A DNA stretch of 64,000 bases from an uncultured Opitutaceae bacterium (GCA_937902925.1 CALFNN010000080.1:1-64000), one strand, 5' to 3'; positions 8,912-17,546 are shown, counted from the first letter of the stretch. Notes: generated by a model from the letters alone, not told the origin. A program made the numbers and translations.

Positions 8912-9973
8912 TCACTCCTCCTTCGTGCCGCCGTCGTAGCGGATGGCGTGGCCGGCGGAGAGGAGGGCGTTGTTGAGGAAGGCGAAGCCTTCCGGGTGAG
9001 AGGTGATGGGTGAAGGGTGATCGGCTTCATCCTGACCTTTGGCTTCAGACCCCTGACCCATGGCCTGGCGGATGAACACATCCGCCAAATAACGATCGTA
9101 TTTGTCGGGCTTCGTGGTGCTGATGATCACGTCGTCGCCGACGCGGAGGAGATTTTCCACGAAAGCCTTGGCGGCGCGGCCGGCGGCGGTCGAAATCTCC
9201 GGACAGTCGATCCCGCGCAGGCGCAGTTTCAACTGGTGCGTGAGGCCCGGCGCGACCGCGAGCGCGACGGCTAGCGTGTCGCCGTCGACGATTTTGCGGA
9301 TGGTGGCGACATAGGTGAAGAGCTGGTCCTTCGTCGCATGTTCCACCTTGCGGACGCCGTCCTCGTTCAACCGCACGATGTCCGTGGTCGTGAGCTTGGA
9401 GGCGGGGCCGAGCGAGCGGTAGAATTTGAACCCGAGATCGACCTCGGGGCCGTCGCCCAGATCGACGATCGGGTGCAGCCCCGGCGTGCCGAAGCGGGGC
9501 GTGAGGAGTCCGACGGGTGGGGCCGGCGCGGCGTCGTCCGAGGCGAGCGCGATGGCGTTGTAGGAGCGCACGCGCGTTTCGAGATCGGACTTGGTCCAGT
9601 TTTTCCGGATGGCCTCGGCTTCGAGCGTTTTTCGCTGCGCGGGGTCGGCGATCTGGATCAGCAATTGGTAGTGCGACCAGATCAATTTGGCATCGCGATG
9701 CCAAATCGGGTAGCACCGGTGGAACTGGGCGCACTGGCGCAGCGAGCGTTCGCTGATGTGGATGTCCGCAGTGAGTTTGGTGTAAACCCGGGCGCCGTAA
9801 TCGGCGCGGTCGCGAAACAGCAGCACGTGTTCGTTGATGAGCCGGCCGGTCTCGTGATAGGTGCCGAGCCACGCGCGATCGATTTCCCCGCGTCCCTGGA
9901 CGACGACGGCGATCACCGCATCGCGCAATTGCGCGTAGGTCTTCGGCGTCGGGGTGAGCGCGCGCGCGGGCAT
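8912..9973 (-). CDS. DUF1016_N (YhcG N-terminal) domain fused to staphylococcal-nuclease-like (SNase/thermonuclease) domain
   Basis: N-terminal half: YHETGRLINEHVLL...ADYGARVYTKLTADIHISERSLRQCAQFHRCYPIW...IWSHYQLLIQIADPAQRKTLEAEAIRKNWTKSDLETRV (YhcG_N pattern). C-terminal half: VDGDTLAVALAV...LRLRGIDCPE...AAKAFVENLL..VIISTTKPDKYDRYLADVFI (SNase fold). The first 211 codons of the ORF track entry are Arg-rich run-on; start set at MPARAL. Confidence 0.7.
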   Translation of the reverse strand: MPARALTPTPKTYAQLRDAVIAVVVQGRGEIDRAWLGTYHETGRLINEHVLLFRDRADYGARVYTKLTADIHISERSLRQCAQFHRCYPIWHRDAKLIWSHYQLLIQIADPAQRKTLEAEAIRKNWTKSDLETRVRSYNAIALASDDAAPAPPVGLLTPRFGTPGLHPIVDLGDGPEVDLGFKFYRSLGPASKLTTTDIVRLNEDGVRKVEHATKDQLFTYVATIRKIVDGDTLAVALAVAPGLTHQLKLRLRGIDCPEISTAAGRAAKAFVENLLRVGDDVIISTTKPDKYDRYLADVFIRQAMGQGSEAKGQDEADHPSPITSHPEGFAFLNNALLSAGHAIRYDGGTKEE

Positions 9974-10054
9974 GGTGGAGGCGGGACGGCGGTTTTTTGG
10001 CCGATCCACGTCGGAAAGTCGCGCGGAAACTGGACGACGCGGACGGGATCGAAG

Positions 10055-10150
10055 AGCACCAAGCACCAGTGAAGCACCAACGTTCAAAACTCCGATGACG
10101 GGAGCTTGAAGTTTCTCTGGGGTCTGGACGTTGATGCTTGGAGTTTTCGG
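10055..10150. repeat. intergenic palindromic repeat element (CCAAGCWCC-unit family), copy A
   Basis: caccaagcaccagtgaagcaccaa...ttgaagtttctctggggtctggacgttgatgcttggag, shared with 11247-11352 and inverted at 36468-36600. Confidence 0.7.
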
Positions 10151-10194
10151 CACGCCGCGCTGCCCCGCCAGACCTCGACGGCGGCGCCGACGCC

Positions 10195-11118
10195 CTATTT
10201 CTTCGGTGCCTGCGCGTCGTAGAATTCCTTGATCAGCCCCATGATTTGCGGGAGTTGCGCCTCGGCCTTCACCGCGTTCAACTGGGACTCCGACAGGAAC
10301 GACTGGGACTGCGCGATCACCTGGTTCCAGTCGGTCGTCTGCGGGGTCACCCTGCCGCCGCTCTGGTAGGTGCTGTTGGCGTTGGCGATCACCTTCAGGA
10401 GTTGATTCGATTGGTCGGGGGTGAATGGCCGGAAAACGGACATCGACGAGATGTCGGTCACGGTCCGCTCCAAGGGTTGCAGGCGGCGGAAATCCTCGAA
10501 GCTCTTGAACCCCTCGTCGCCGAGGATCTGTTTGATCTCGTCGTCCTTCAGGTTCGGGTCGTCCGGATGAACGCTGTTTGGGGTGAGCGCCAGGCTGTTG
10601 ATCCATTTCTCGGCGGTGGCGGTTTCCATGGCGTCGATTTGATCGGCCGTGAGCACGCCCGACCGGATGAGAGAGGAGAAATTCCGCTCAATCTGGGCCC
10701 GGCCGAGGTTCATCAGCATCGGCTTCACCTGGGCACCGTAGGCGGCGACGAAAGCCTGGCCGTCCGCCAGCGATTGCTTCCGCGCGGCTTCGGCGGCGGC
10801 TTTGCCGGGAGCCGGCATCGCGGGCGGACGGGGCCCCGGCGACACGGCGGCGGTTTTTGCCGCCTGCACCGCCGCCTCCTGTTCCTTGAGCTGGGCCTGC
10901 AATTGCGTCTGCCCCTGCTCCGCGGCGCGGGCCCGCCCCGCCATTTCCTGCAACTGTGCGAGGTCGGTCTGATGGACACGCTCCGCGGCGGTCACGGAAT
11001 CCTCCGCCTGCCTCGCCTGGGTAAACTCGTAGACGGCGATCCCAACGGCCAGGACCGTCAGAATTCCAAACAGCTTTAGTAGCGGCGAGGCAGCCCGTGG
11101 GCGATCGACAGGGTTCAT
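10195..11118 (-). CDS. hypothetical membrane-anchored coiled-coil protein
   Basis: N-terminal TM helix (LLKLFGILTVLAVGIAVYEF) then Q/A-rich coiled coil; no family recognised. Confidence 0.5.
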   Translation of the reverse strand: MNPVDRPRAASPLLKLFGILTVLAVGIAVYEFTQARQAEDSVTAAERVHQTDLAQLQEMAGRARAAEQGQTQLQAQLKEQEAAVQAAKTAAVSPGPRPPAMPAPGKAAAEAARKQSLADGQAFVAAYGAQVKPMLMNLGRAQIERNFSSLIRSGVLTADQIDAMETATAEKWINSLALTPNSVHPDDPNLKDDEIKQILGDEGFKSFEDFRRLQPLERTVTDISSMSVFRPFTPDQSNQLLKVIANANSTYQSGGRVTPQTTDWNQVIAQSQSFLSESQLNAVKAEAQLPQIMGLIKEFYDAQAPKK

Positions 11119-11246
11119 GGGGAAAGAAGCAACCGGGGTGACTAAGAGGACGGCGCGATACTCGACGCCGGCGTGACGAGTGACAAGTGACTTGTGACGA
11201 GTCGCCCGGGCATGCGCGGCGATACGGCGAGGCCGCGAAGGCGCCG

Positions 11247-11352
11247 AACACCAAGCTCCAACCTCCAGTGAAGCACCAAACTCCGAAGCCCCGGTAGTGA
11301 GGAATTGAGGTTTGAAGTTTCTCTGGAGCTTGGACGTTGGTGCTTGGAGCTT
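11247..11352. repeat. intergenic palindromic repeat element (CCAAGCWCC-unit family), copy B
   Basis: caccaagctccaacctccagtgaagcaccaaactccga...ttgaagtttctctggagcttggacgttggtgcttggagcttt. Confidence 0.7.
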
Positions 11353-13239
11353 TCAGCGCTCGGCGCCGATGCGCCAGATCTCGAAGGCGGCATCGCCGAA
11401 GCCTTTTAGCTTGGCGCTTTCACGCGCGCTCGTGAGGCCGGACGTGGGTGCGGCGAGGTGGGCGGCGACTTCGCCGTCGGCGTGGACCGCAGCGGAGAGA
11501 ATCAGGTCGGCGCCGGTGCACAGGCCGCAAAGGCGCGCAGTGGTGTTGACCGTCGTGCCGAAGTAATCGAGCCGCTCGTTCTGGTTGATCGCGAGGCACG
11601 GGCCGCAATGAATGCCGGCTTTCAACGCGAGCGGCTTGAGCGAGGAGGGCGGAACCGTCACGCCCTCGGGGAGCGAGAAATCCTGCGGGTGGGCGAGATG
11701 CTGTTGCGCGTGCAGCATCGCGCGGAGCGCGGCCACCGGTCGGGGGAACACCGCCATGATCGCGTCGCCCATCGTCTTTACGATGCAGCCGTTCTCGGCG
11801 GCGACGGCGGCTTTCAGGATTTCGAAATGCGTGAGCACGCGGCCGAAGGCGGGCGCGTCGCCGATGTCCTGGTAGAGTTGCGTGGAATTCTTCAGGTCGG
11901 TGAACACGACCGTCATCGAGCCCACGCTGATTTGCTCGCCGTGGCGCAGCACCTCGCGCGAGAAGAGGTCGCGGAAAAGCTGGAGCGACGTCACCTCGGC
12001 GGCGGTCGTGGATTGATCGCTCCAGGCGACGCGCTCGATGATGGCGAGGTGTTCGTGGCCGTCGGCGTTGACCAGCGTGAGCTGGCCGTCGGGCGCGACG
12101 AGATGCTCGGTCAACGACGAGGCGCCGAGGTCGATGCGCGCAGCGGCGGGCGCACCCGGCGCGGTGCGAAACGTGTGTTGCTCCGGCAGCCGCGGCGTGC
12201 GGACGCGGTAGCGGCCCGGGTCCAGCGCGAGCGGCAACACGCGGCGTTCGCCGGGCCGGAGCGACTGCTGGGCAACGACGTGCGGCGTGACCTGCGGGCC
12301 GCCGACGCAATAGTCCGCGCGCGTGACCGCGCGGATGGCGGGGTTCGGGATGAAGGTGAGCTCGACCGACTGGTCGAAGTTGGCGGTGAAATCGACGTTG
12401 CAGGTGTCGCAGTGCGCCGACGCCTTGACGGCCGAGAGCGAGGACTCGCTGGCCTTGGCGCCACGGCAGTGCGGGCAGACGAGATCCCAACTGAAGTCCA
12501 GGGCGCCGGCGCGCGTGGCGTGGAGGAAAAGCAGCAGCGTGTTTTGCCGGCTCGCGCGCCATTCGTCGGCGAGCGCGTAGGGGCGGATGCGGGCGGCGGC
12601 GAGATCGTCGGCGGTGGTGAGGAATTCCGTGAACCGGCCGACGAGCGGCGGGGGCTGGCTGGCGTCGTCGACCAGCGCGCGGCCGATCCGGGCGAGGCGC
12701 TCGGTGCCGCCGGAGGCGAGCCGGGGCCTTTGCGCGAGCTGCGAGGCCCGCAGGCCACGCTGGGCAAATTCGTCATAGCGGTGGAAGACGCGCCGGGTGG
12801 TGGCGCGCGCCCGCCGGCCGATGGAGAACGGCAGCGCGAGCCGGCCGAGGAAATTCGAGGGCGTCAGCCGCATGTCGTAGACGAGAGTGGTGCCGCCGCC
12901 AGCGCGCGGCGTGAGCTCGCAGAACATCAGCATCTTCGCCACGGGGCCGCTGTAGTAGGTGCGCTCGACACCGTAGCGCGTCGGCGCGAGCCACTCGAAG
13001 GCGAGTTCATCCCACTCGATGGTGACGCCCAGCACCGCGGCGCGGAGCCGGCGGGCGTTGGTGACCGGCGCGATTTTTGCCGCGGCGGCGCCGGGGCCCG
13101 ACGGCGTGACGACGGTGACCGGCGGGTAGCCGCAATCGCGGTTGAAGCGATCGGTATTGGAGACCAGCGGCCAGAGCGCCTCGGGCGGCGAAACGAGATC
13201 CCAGGTCCAGCGGAAATGTTGCTCGGAAAAGGCGGGCAT
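11353..13239 (-). CDS. adenylate/guanylate cyclase domain protein (class III CHD at C-terminus)
   Basis: C-terminal block MTVVFTDLKNSTQLYQDIGD...IVKTMGDAIMAVF...AGIHCGPCLAI...DYFGTTVNTTARL is a class III nucleotidyl cyclase; N-terminal region carries a Cys cluster (CPHCRG...CDTCN). Confidence 0.85.
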   Translation of the reverse strand: MPAFSEQHFRWTWDLVSPPEALWPLVSNTDRFNRDCGYPPVTVVTPSGPGAAAAKIAPVTNARRLRAAVLGVTIEWDELAFEWLAPTRYGVERTYYSGPVAKMLMFCELTPRAGGGTTLVYDMRLTPSNFLGRLALPFSIGRRARATTRRVFHRYDEFAQRGLRASQLAQRPRLASGGTERLARIGRALVDDASQPPPLVGRFTEFLTTADDLAAARIRPYALADEWRASRQNTLLLFLHATRAGALDFSWDLVCPHCRGAKASESSLSAVKASAHCDTCNVDFTANFDQSVELTFIPNPAIRAVTRADYCVGGPQVTPHVVAQQSLRPGERRVLPLALDPGRYRVRTPRLPEQHTFRTAPGAPAAARIDLGASSLTEHLVAPDGQLTLVNADGHEHLAIIERVAWSDQSTTAAEVTSLQLFRDLFSREVLRHGEQISVGSMTVVFTDLKNSTQLYQDIGDAPAFGRVLTHFEILKAAVAAENGCIVKTMGDAIMAVFPRPVAALRAMLHAQQHLAHPQDFSLPEGVTVPPSSLKPLALKAGIHCGPCLAINQNERLDYFGTTVNTTARLCGLCTGADLILSAAVHADGEVAAHLAAPTSGLTSARESAKLKGFGDAAFEIWRIGAER

Positions 13240-13262
13240 GGCGATGCCGAGCTGCTACGTCC

Positions 13263-14015
13263 CTAGAACTTCAACAGATGCTTCGTGAGGAAGGCGGTCT
13301 GGAGCGCGGCGAGTTCCTTGAGGCCTTTTTGCGCGACGCCGAGGAGCGACTGGAGTTGCTCGCCGGAGAACGTCGCCTCCTCGCCGCTGCCCTGCACCTC
13401 GACGAACTGGCCGCGGCCGGTCATGACGATGTTGGCGTCGACCTCGGCGTCCCGGTCCTCGAGGTAGTTCAGGTCGAGCAAGGTCTGCCCGCCGCAGATG
13501 CCGGCGCTGACGGCGGCGACGGAATCGGCGAGCGGATTCTCGGGGATTTTTTTGTCGTCGAGGAGTTTTTGGATGGCGAGGCGGGCGGCGAGGTAGGCGC
13601 CGGTGATCGACGCGGTGCGCGTGCCGCCGTCGGCCTGGAGGACATCGCAGTCGAGCCAGAGGGTGTTCTGGCCGAGTTTCTGGAGATCGATGACGGCGCG
13701 GAGCGAGCGGCCGATGAGACGCTGGATCTCGATGGTGCGACCGTCGATCTTGCCGCGGGAGCTGTCGCGCTGCTTCCGCTCGAGCGTGGAGTAGGGGAGC
13801 ATCGAGTATTCGGCGGTGAGCCAGCCGCCGGGGACGCGCTGCTGTTTCATCCACGTCGGCACGTTGGGCTCGATGGTGGCGGCGCAGATCACGCGCGTGA
13901 GGCCGAACGACACGAGCACGGAGCCGGTGGCGTAGGGAGCGATGTTCGCTTCAAAGGTGACGCGGCGAAGCTGGTCGGCGGAACGACCGTCGGCGCGGGA
14001 GGCGGGGGAAGACAT
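13263..14015 (-). CDS. rph: ribonuclease PH
   Basis: ADQLRRVTFEANIAPYATGSVLVSFGLTRVICAATIE...CDVLQADGGTRTASITGAYLAARLA aligns with RNase PH throughout. ATG at 14015 preferred over the upstream GTG. Confidence 0.85.
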   Translation of the reverse strand: MSSPASRADGRSADQLRRVTFEANIAPYATGSVLVSFGLTRVICAATIEPNVPTWMKQQRVPGGWLTAEYSMLPYSTLERKQRDSSRGKIDGRTIEIQRLIGRSLRAVIDLQKLGQNTLWLDCDVLQADGGTRTASITGAYLAARLAIQKLLDDKKIPENPLADSVAAVSAGICGGQTLLDLNYLEDRDAEVDANIVMTGRGQFVEVQGSGEEATFSGEQLQSLLGVAQKGLKELAALQTAFLTKHLLKF

Positions 14016-14079
14016 GGCCGCGACGGTAGCGGCGGCGCTTCCGACCGCCACTCCGAAAAGCGGGCGCGGGCAGCGGGCG

Positions 14080-15096
14080 TCAGCCGAGGGTCAGCTCGCC
14101 GGAATCGCGTTCCTCGCGCTCGATGGGCTTGATCTTGGTGGCGGGCAGATCGGCCTGCTCGTTCATGAACGAGATCAGCCGGTCGTTGAAATCCTTGGCG
14201 GGATCGTGGCCCATTTTCTTGAGGGCCTGGGTGAGGGCGGCGACCTCGACGAGTCGCGCGATGTCGCGGCCGGGCCGGACGAAGAGCTCGATGTGCGGCA
14301 GCTTCATGCCGAGGATCTCGTAAAAGCTCTGCTCGAGGCCGGTGCGCTCCTCGACGACGTCGGCGCTCCACTCGCGGAGGGAGACGACCATGTCGATGCG
14401 TTTCTCGGAGCGGACGCACTTGATGCCGAACATCTCGGCGATGTTGATGATGCCGATGCCGCGGCACTCCATGTAGCCGCGGTTGAGCGGGCGGCTGGAG
14501 GCGATGAGCTCGCGCTCGTCGAGGAGCTTGATCACCGTGAGGTCGTCGGCGACGAGCGAGTGGCCGCGCTCGATGAGGGCGAGGGCGCACTCGCTCTTGC
14601 CGACGCCGGAGTCGCCGCGGAGCATCACGCCGATGCCCTTGATGTCGAGGGTGGTCGCGTGCTCGGTGCCGCGCGGGGCGAACTCGTTGTCGATGCAGAG
14701 TGTGGCGAGGTTCACGAAATTCATCGTGATCATCGGCGTGCGGAAGAGCGGCAGGTTCATCTCCTCCGCGACGGCGAGCAGGGGATGGGTGGCGATGTAG
14801 TTGCGCGTGAGCACGAGGCACGGGATGCCGCGCTTCACCATCTGCTGGAAAATCTTGATCTGCTGGCGCTGCGACAGCGTCTTCAGGTAGGTCATCTCGG
14901 CGGCGCCGAGGATCTGAATGCGCTTGTTCGCGAAATATTTGAAGAACCCGGTGAGCGCGAGCGCGGGGCGGTTGATGCTGCCCTCGTGGATCAGCCGGTG
15001 CAGCCCCGCCTCGCCCGTGACGAGTTCCAGCTTCAGTTTCTCGCGGTAGGTCTCGAAGAAATGCGCTACGGTGATGCCGTGGATGGCTTTTTGCAT
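14080..15096 (-). CDS. hprK: HPr kinase/phosphorylase
   Basis: Walker A GVMLRGDSGVGKSECALALIERGHSLVADD and the HprK C-terminal signature. Confidence 0.9.
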   Translation of the reverse strand: MQKAIHGITVAHFFETYREKLKLELVTGEAGLHRLIHEGSINRPALALTGFFKYFANKRIQILGAAEMTYLKTLSQRQQIKIFQQMVKRGIPCLVLTRNYIATHPLLAVAEEMNLPLFRTPMITMNFVNLATLCIDNEFAPRGTEHATTLDIKGIGVMLRGDSGVGKSECALALIERGHSLVADDLTVIKLLDERELIASSRPLNRGYMECRGIGIINIAEMFGIKCVRSEKRIDMVVSLREWSADVVEERTGLEQSFYEILGMKLPHIELFVRPGRDIARLVEVAALTQALKKMGHDPAKDFNDRLISFMNEQADLPATKIKPIEREERDSGELTLG

Positions 15097-15112
15097 GGGG
15101 ACGGGCGGGCTG

Positions 15113-15200
15113 GAAGTAGTGAGTAGCGGGGAGCGGGTAGCGAGTAGAGCAGAAACTTTCGCGGGGGCATGCTCGCTACTCGCTACCCGCTACTCGCTGC
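15113..15200. repeat. GTAGCGA-unit palindromic element between lptB stop and hprK start
   Basis: gtagtgagtagcggggagcgggtagcgagtagagc ... gctcgctactcgctacccgctactcgctgc gives a ~30-bp imperfect stem. Confidence 0.6.
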
Positions 15201-15202
15201 TT

Positions 15203-16006
15203 TTATAAATCGAAATCCTCGCCGAGGTAGAATTTCCGGGCCTGCTCGTCGTGGATGAGAAACTCGCCGGTGCCCTCGGACAGGATCTTGCCGCGGTGCA
15301 GGAGATAGGCGCGGTCGACGATGCGGAGTGTCTCGCGGACGTTGTGGTCGGTGACGACGACGCCGATGCCGCGGGCCTTGAGCTGGAGAATCATCTTCTG
15401 CACCTCGGCGACGGAAATCGGGTCGATGGCGGCGAACGGCTCGTCCATCAGCAGGAACTTCGGCCGGGTGACGAGCGCGCGGGCGATCTCGAGCCGGCGG
15501 CGCTCGCCGCCGGAGAGGGTGAACGCCTTCTGCCTGGCGACGTGGGTGAGGTGCAGTTCGCTGAGATGCTGCTCGACCCGGGCCGCACGTTCCCGGCGGG
15601 GCACGCCGACCGCCTCGACGATGGCGAGGATATTCTCGGCCACGGTGAGCTTGCGGAAGACCGACGGCTCCTGCGGCAGGTAGCCGATGCCGCGGCGGGC
15701 GCGCTGGTGCATGCGCAGGCGCGTGATGTCGGCGCCGTCGAGCGACACCCGGCCGGAGGTCGCGGGGATCAGGCCGACGATCATGTAAAACGTGGTGGTC
15801 TTGCCCGCGCCGTTGGGACCGAGGAGCCCGACGACCTCGCCGGCCCGGAAGTGGACGTTCACGCCGTCGACGACCGTGCGGTCGCCGAAGCTCTTGACGA
15901 GGTTCGCGGTGCGAATCTCGGACGAACCGGGGGTGGGCGGGGCGACGACGGCGGCGAGGGGCGGCGCGGACGGCGGGAGGCGCCCGGGCCCGGAGTGGGG
16001 TTCCAT
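15203..16006 (-). CDS. lptB: LPS export ABC transporter ATP-binding protein LptB
   Basis: VKSFGDRTVVDGVNVHFRAGEVVGLLGPNGAGKTTTFYMIVGL, LSGGERRRLEIARAL, LLMDEPFAAIDP; ~20-aa N-terminal extension relative to typical LptB, so the true start may be downstream. Confidence 0.85.
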   Translation of the reverse strand: MEPHSGPGRLPPSAPPLAAVVAPPTPGSSEIRTANLVKSFGDRTVVDGVNVHFRAGEVVGLLGPNGAGKTTTFYMIVGLIPATSGRVSLDGADITRLRMHQRARRGIGYLPQEPSVFRKLTVAENILAIVEAVGVPRRERAARVEQHLSELHLTHVARQKAFTLSGGERRRLEIARALVTRPKFLLMDEPFAAIDPISVAEVQKMILQLKARGIGVVVTDHNVRETLRIVDRAYLLHRGKILSEGTGEFLIHDEQARKFYLGEDFDL

Positions 16007-16013
16007 CGTGGGA

Positions 16014-16577
16014 TTATTTCGGCGGCTCGGGTTTCGGGGCGGCGTCGGCGGCCGGCGGGACCGGTTTGGCCTGCTCGAAGCCGAGATCCTTGATGGTGGG
16101 GCCGACGACGTGCGCCTTGTTGACGATCACGCGGCGATCATGGTGGTCGAGGATGATTTCGTCGCCGGTGTTGGTCAGGTCGGCGCCGTGATCGACGACG
16201 ACCGGGTTTTGGGTGAGGACGACGCGGTCCTCATGCGGGAGCACCTCGGCGCGGCCGCAGGTGGCCTCGCGGTCGCCCTGCACGATCACGACGTGGCCGG
16301 TGGCGAGGAGGGTTTTGAATTTCTCGAGCGTCGGCAGGGTCGAGTTCTTGTCGCCGATGCCGAGCGCGGTGAACTCGAGGCGGTCGCAGGTGATCTTGAG
16401 ATTGGTGCCCGTCAGGGTGACCGAGCCGGTGCAGACGCCGCGGGTCTCCGGGCCGACACTCCACATCTCCGCATGGTCGCAATCGAGGGTGGTTTTTTGC
16501 GGGGTCTCATCGACCGCGAGGACGGGACCTCCGCAACCCAGGAGAAGTGCGGCGAGGAAGGCGGTGGGAAGTTTCAT
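16014..16577 (-). CDS. lptA: LptA/OstA-N-like periplasmic LPS transport protein
   Basis: Signal peptide plus OstA-like beta-jellyroll repeats (VTLTGTNLKITCDRLEF...GHVVIVQGDREATCGRAEV). Position between lptC and lptB. Confidence 0.7.
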   Translation of the reverse strand: MKLPTAFLAALLLGCGGPVLAVDETPQKTTLDCDHAEMWSVGPETRGVCTGSVTLTGTNLKITCDRLEFTALGIGDKNSTLPTLEKFKTLLATGHVVIVQGDREATCGRAEVLPHEDRVVLTQNPVVVDHGADLTNTGDEIILDHHDRRVIVNKAHVVGPTIKDLGFEQAKPVPPAADAAPKPEPPK

Positions 16578-17035
16578 TTCAGGAGATCCTTGAGTTCGGC
16601 GTTGAAGACTATTCGCACGCGGCCATCCAGCGAAACCTTTTTCTGGGCCTGGTCGTAGGTCCAGCGGGTGCCGGAAGCCTCGAGGTCGTCGCGGATGACG
16701 CGGACGGTCTGGTCGCCGCCCGCGCGATTTTCCTTGGTGAAAAAACTCGCGGCGGGACTGAGCAGCATGGTGTCGACGTGAGCGGCGGCGTCGCCGGAAT
16801 AGATCGTGATGCTGAGATCGGTGACGTTGATCTCGCCGGGCCCGGCGGGGTGCACCTCGGAGCCGCGGACGGACATCTGGCGATAACCCTCGGCGTCCGA
16901 AAACACGTGCATCGACCAGTTCTGGGCGGAGCCGCCGCCGCCGGCATCGACGGGCTTGGGGGGGGCGGGCTGGGGCGATTGCGCGCGGCCGGCCACGAGG
17001 GCGAGGAACGCGAAAAGGAGAGCGGGGCGTTTCAC
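16574..17035 (-). CDS. lptC: LptC-like protein (GTG start proposed)
   Basis: C-terminal 150 aa of the track ORF resemble LptC (NWSMHVFSDAEGYRQMSVRGSEV...VSLDGRVRIVF) with a signal-anchor KRPALLFAFLALVAG. The upstream part of the track ORF is Ser/Pro/Arg run-on. GTG at 17033-17035. Overlaps lptA start by 4 nt. Confidence 0.55.
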   Translation of the reverse strand: MKRPALLFAFLALVAGRAQSPQPAPPKPVDAGGGGSAQNWSMHVFSDAEGYRQMSVRGSEVHPAGPGEINVTDLSITIYSGDAAAHVDTMLLSPAASFFTKENRAGGDQTVRVIRDDLEASGTRWTYDQAQKKVSLDGRVRIVFNAELKDLLK

Positions 17036-17045
17036 TGGAGGCGGC

Positions 17046-17543
17046 CTAGACCCCGGAGGCGAGCAGGAGTTCGCAGATTTCGCGCACGGCGCCGCGGCCG
17101 GCGGGCCGGACGGTGACGTGGCCGGCGGCGGCGAGCGCCGCCGGCATCGCGTCGGGGACGCTGATGCCGATGCCGGCCCACGCGATGGCGGGGGCGTCGA
17201 TGTCGTCGTCGCCCATGTAGGCGCACTGCGCAGGCACGAGCTTGAGTTCGGCCGCGAGTTCCTGCAGCACGGCGAGCTTGTCGGTGCGGCCTTGGACGAG
17301 GTGCGGGATGTGCAGTTCGGTCGCGCGCGCAGTGGTCGCTCCGGAAGCGCGGCCGCTGATCCAGGCAAGGGCAACACCGGCCTTGCGGAGACGCACGAGG
17401 CCCATGCCGTCGAGCACGGAGAAGGACTTGGTCTCCGTGCCGTCGGAGGAGATTTTGACCGTGCCGTCGGTGAGGACGCCATCGACATCCATCGCGAAAA
17501 GGCGGATGGCGGCCCAGCGCGCGGATGGAATGGGAGATGGCAT
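17046..17543 (-). CDS. kdsC: KDO 8-phosphate phosphatase (HAD family)
   Basis: RLFAMDVDGVLTDGTV...GDDDIDAPAIAWAGIGISV matches KdsC motifs. Immediately upstream of lptC as in the classical kdsC-lptC-lptA-lptB arrangement. Confidence 0.8.
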   Translation of the reverse strand: MPSPIPSARWAAIRLFAMDVDGVLTDGTVKISSDGTETKSFSVLDGMGLVRLRKAGVALAWISGRASGATTARATELHIPHLVQGRTDKLAVLQELAAELKLVPAQCAYMGDDDIDAPAIAWAGIGISVPDAMPAALAAAGHVTVRPAGRGAVREICELLLASGV

Positions 17544-17546
17544 ATG

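Noticed and set aside
7853-9973. Mobile element (IS/integron) carrying the VapBC module
   Set aside because: No transposase, integrase or terminal inverted repeats found. The duplication is gene-derived rather than IS-derived, so described as a recombination footprint only.
8912-10606. Long N-terminal extensions in track ORFs (8912-10606 first 211 aa; 22883-24550 first 150 aa; 1389-3023 first 39 aa; 26839-27981 first 232 aa; 2944-4485 first 54 aa; 34493-35572 first 73 aa)
   Set aside because: Extensions are Arg/Pro/Ser-rich run-on upstream of conserved family N-termini with a canonical Met; genes were trimmed to the internal starts.
15113-15200. CRISPR array interpretation of the tandem-unit palindromes and heptamer arrays
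   Set aside because: Units are 7-10 nt with no 25-40-nt spacers and no cas genes. These are simple tandem or palindromic repeats.
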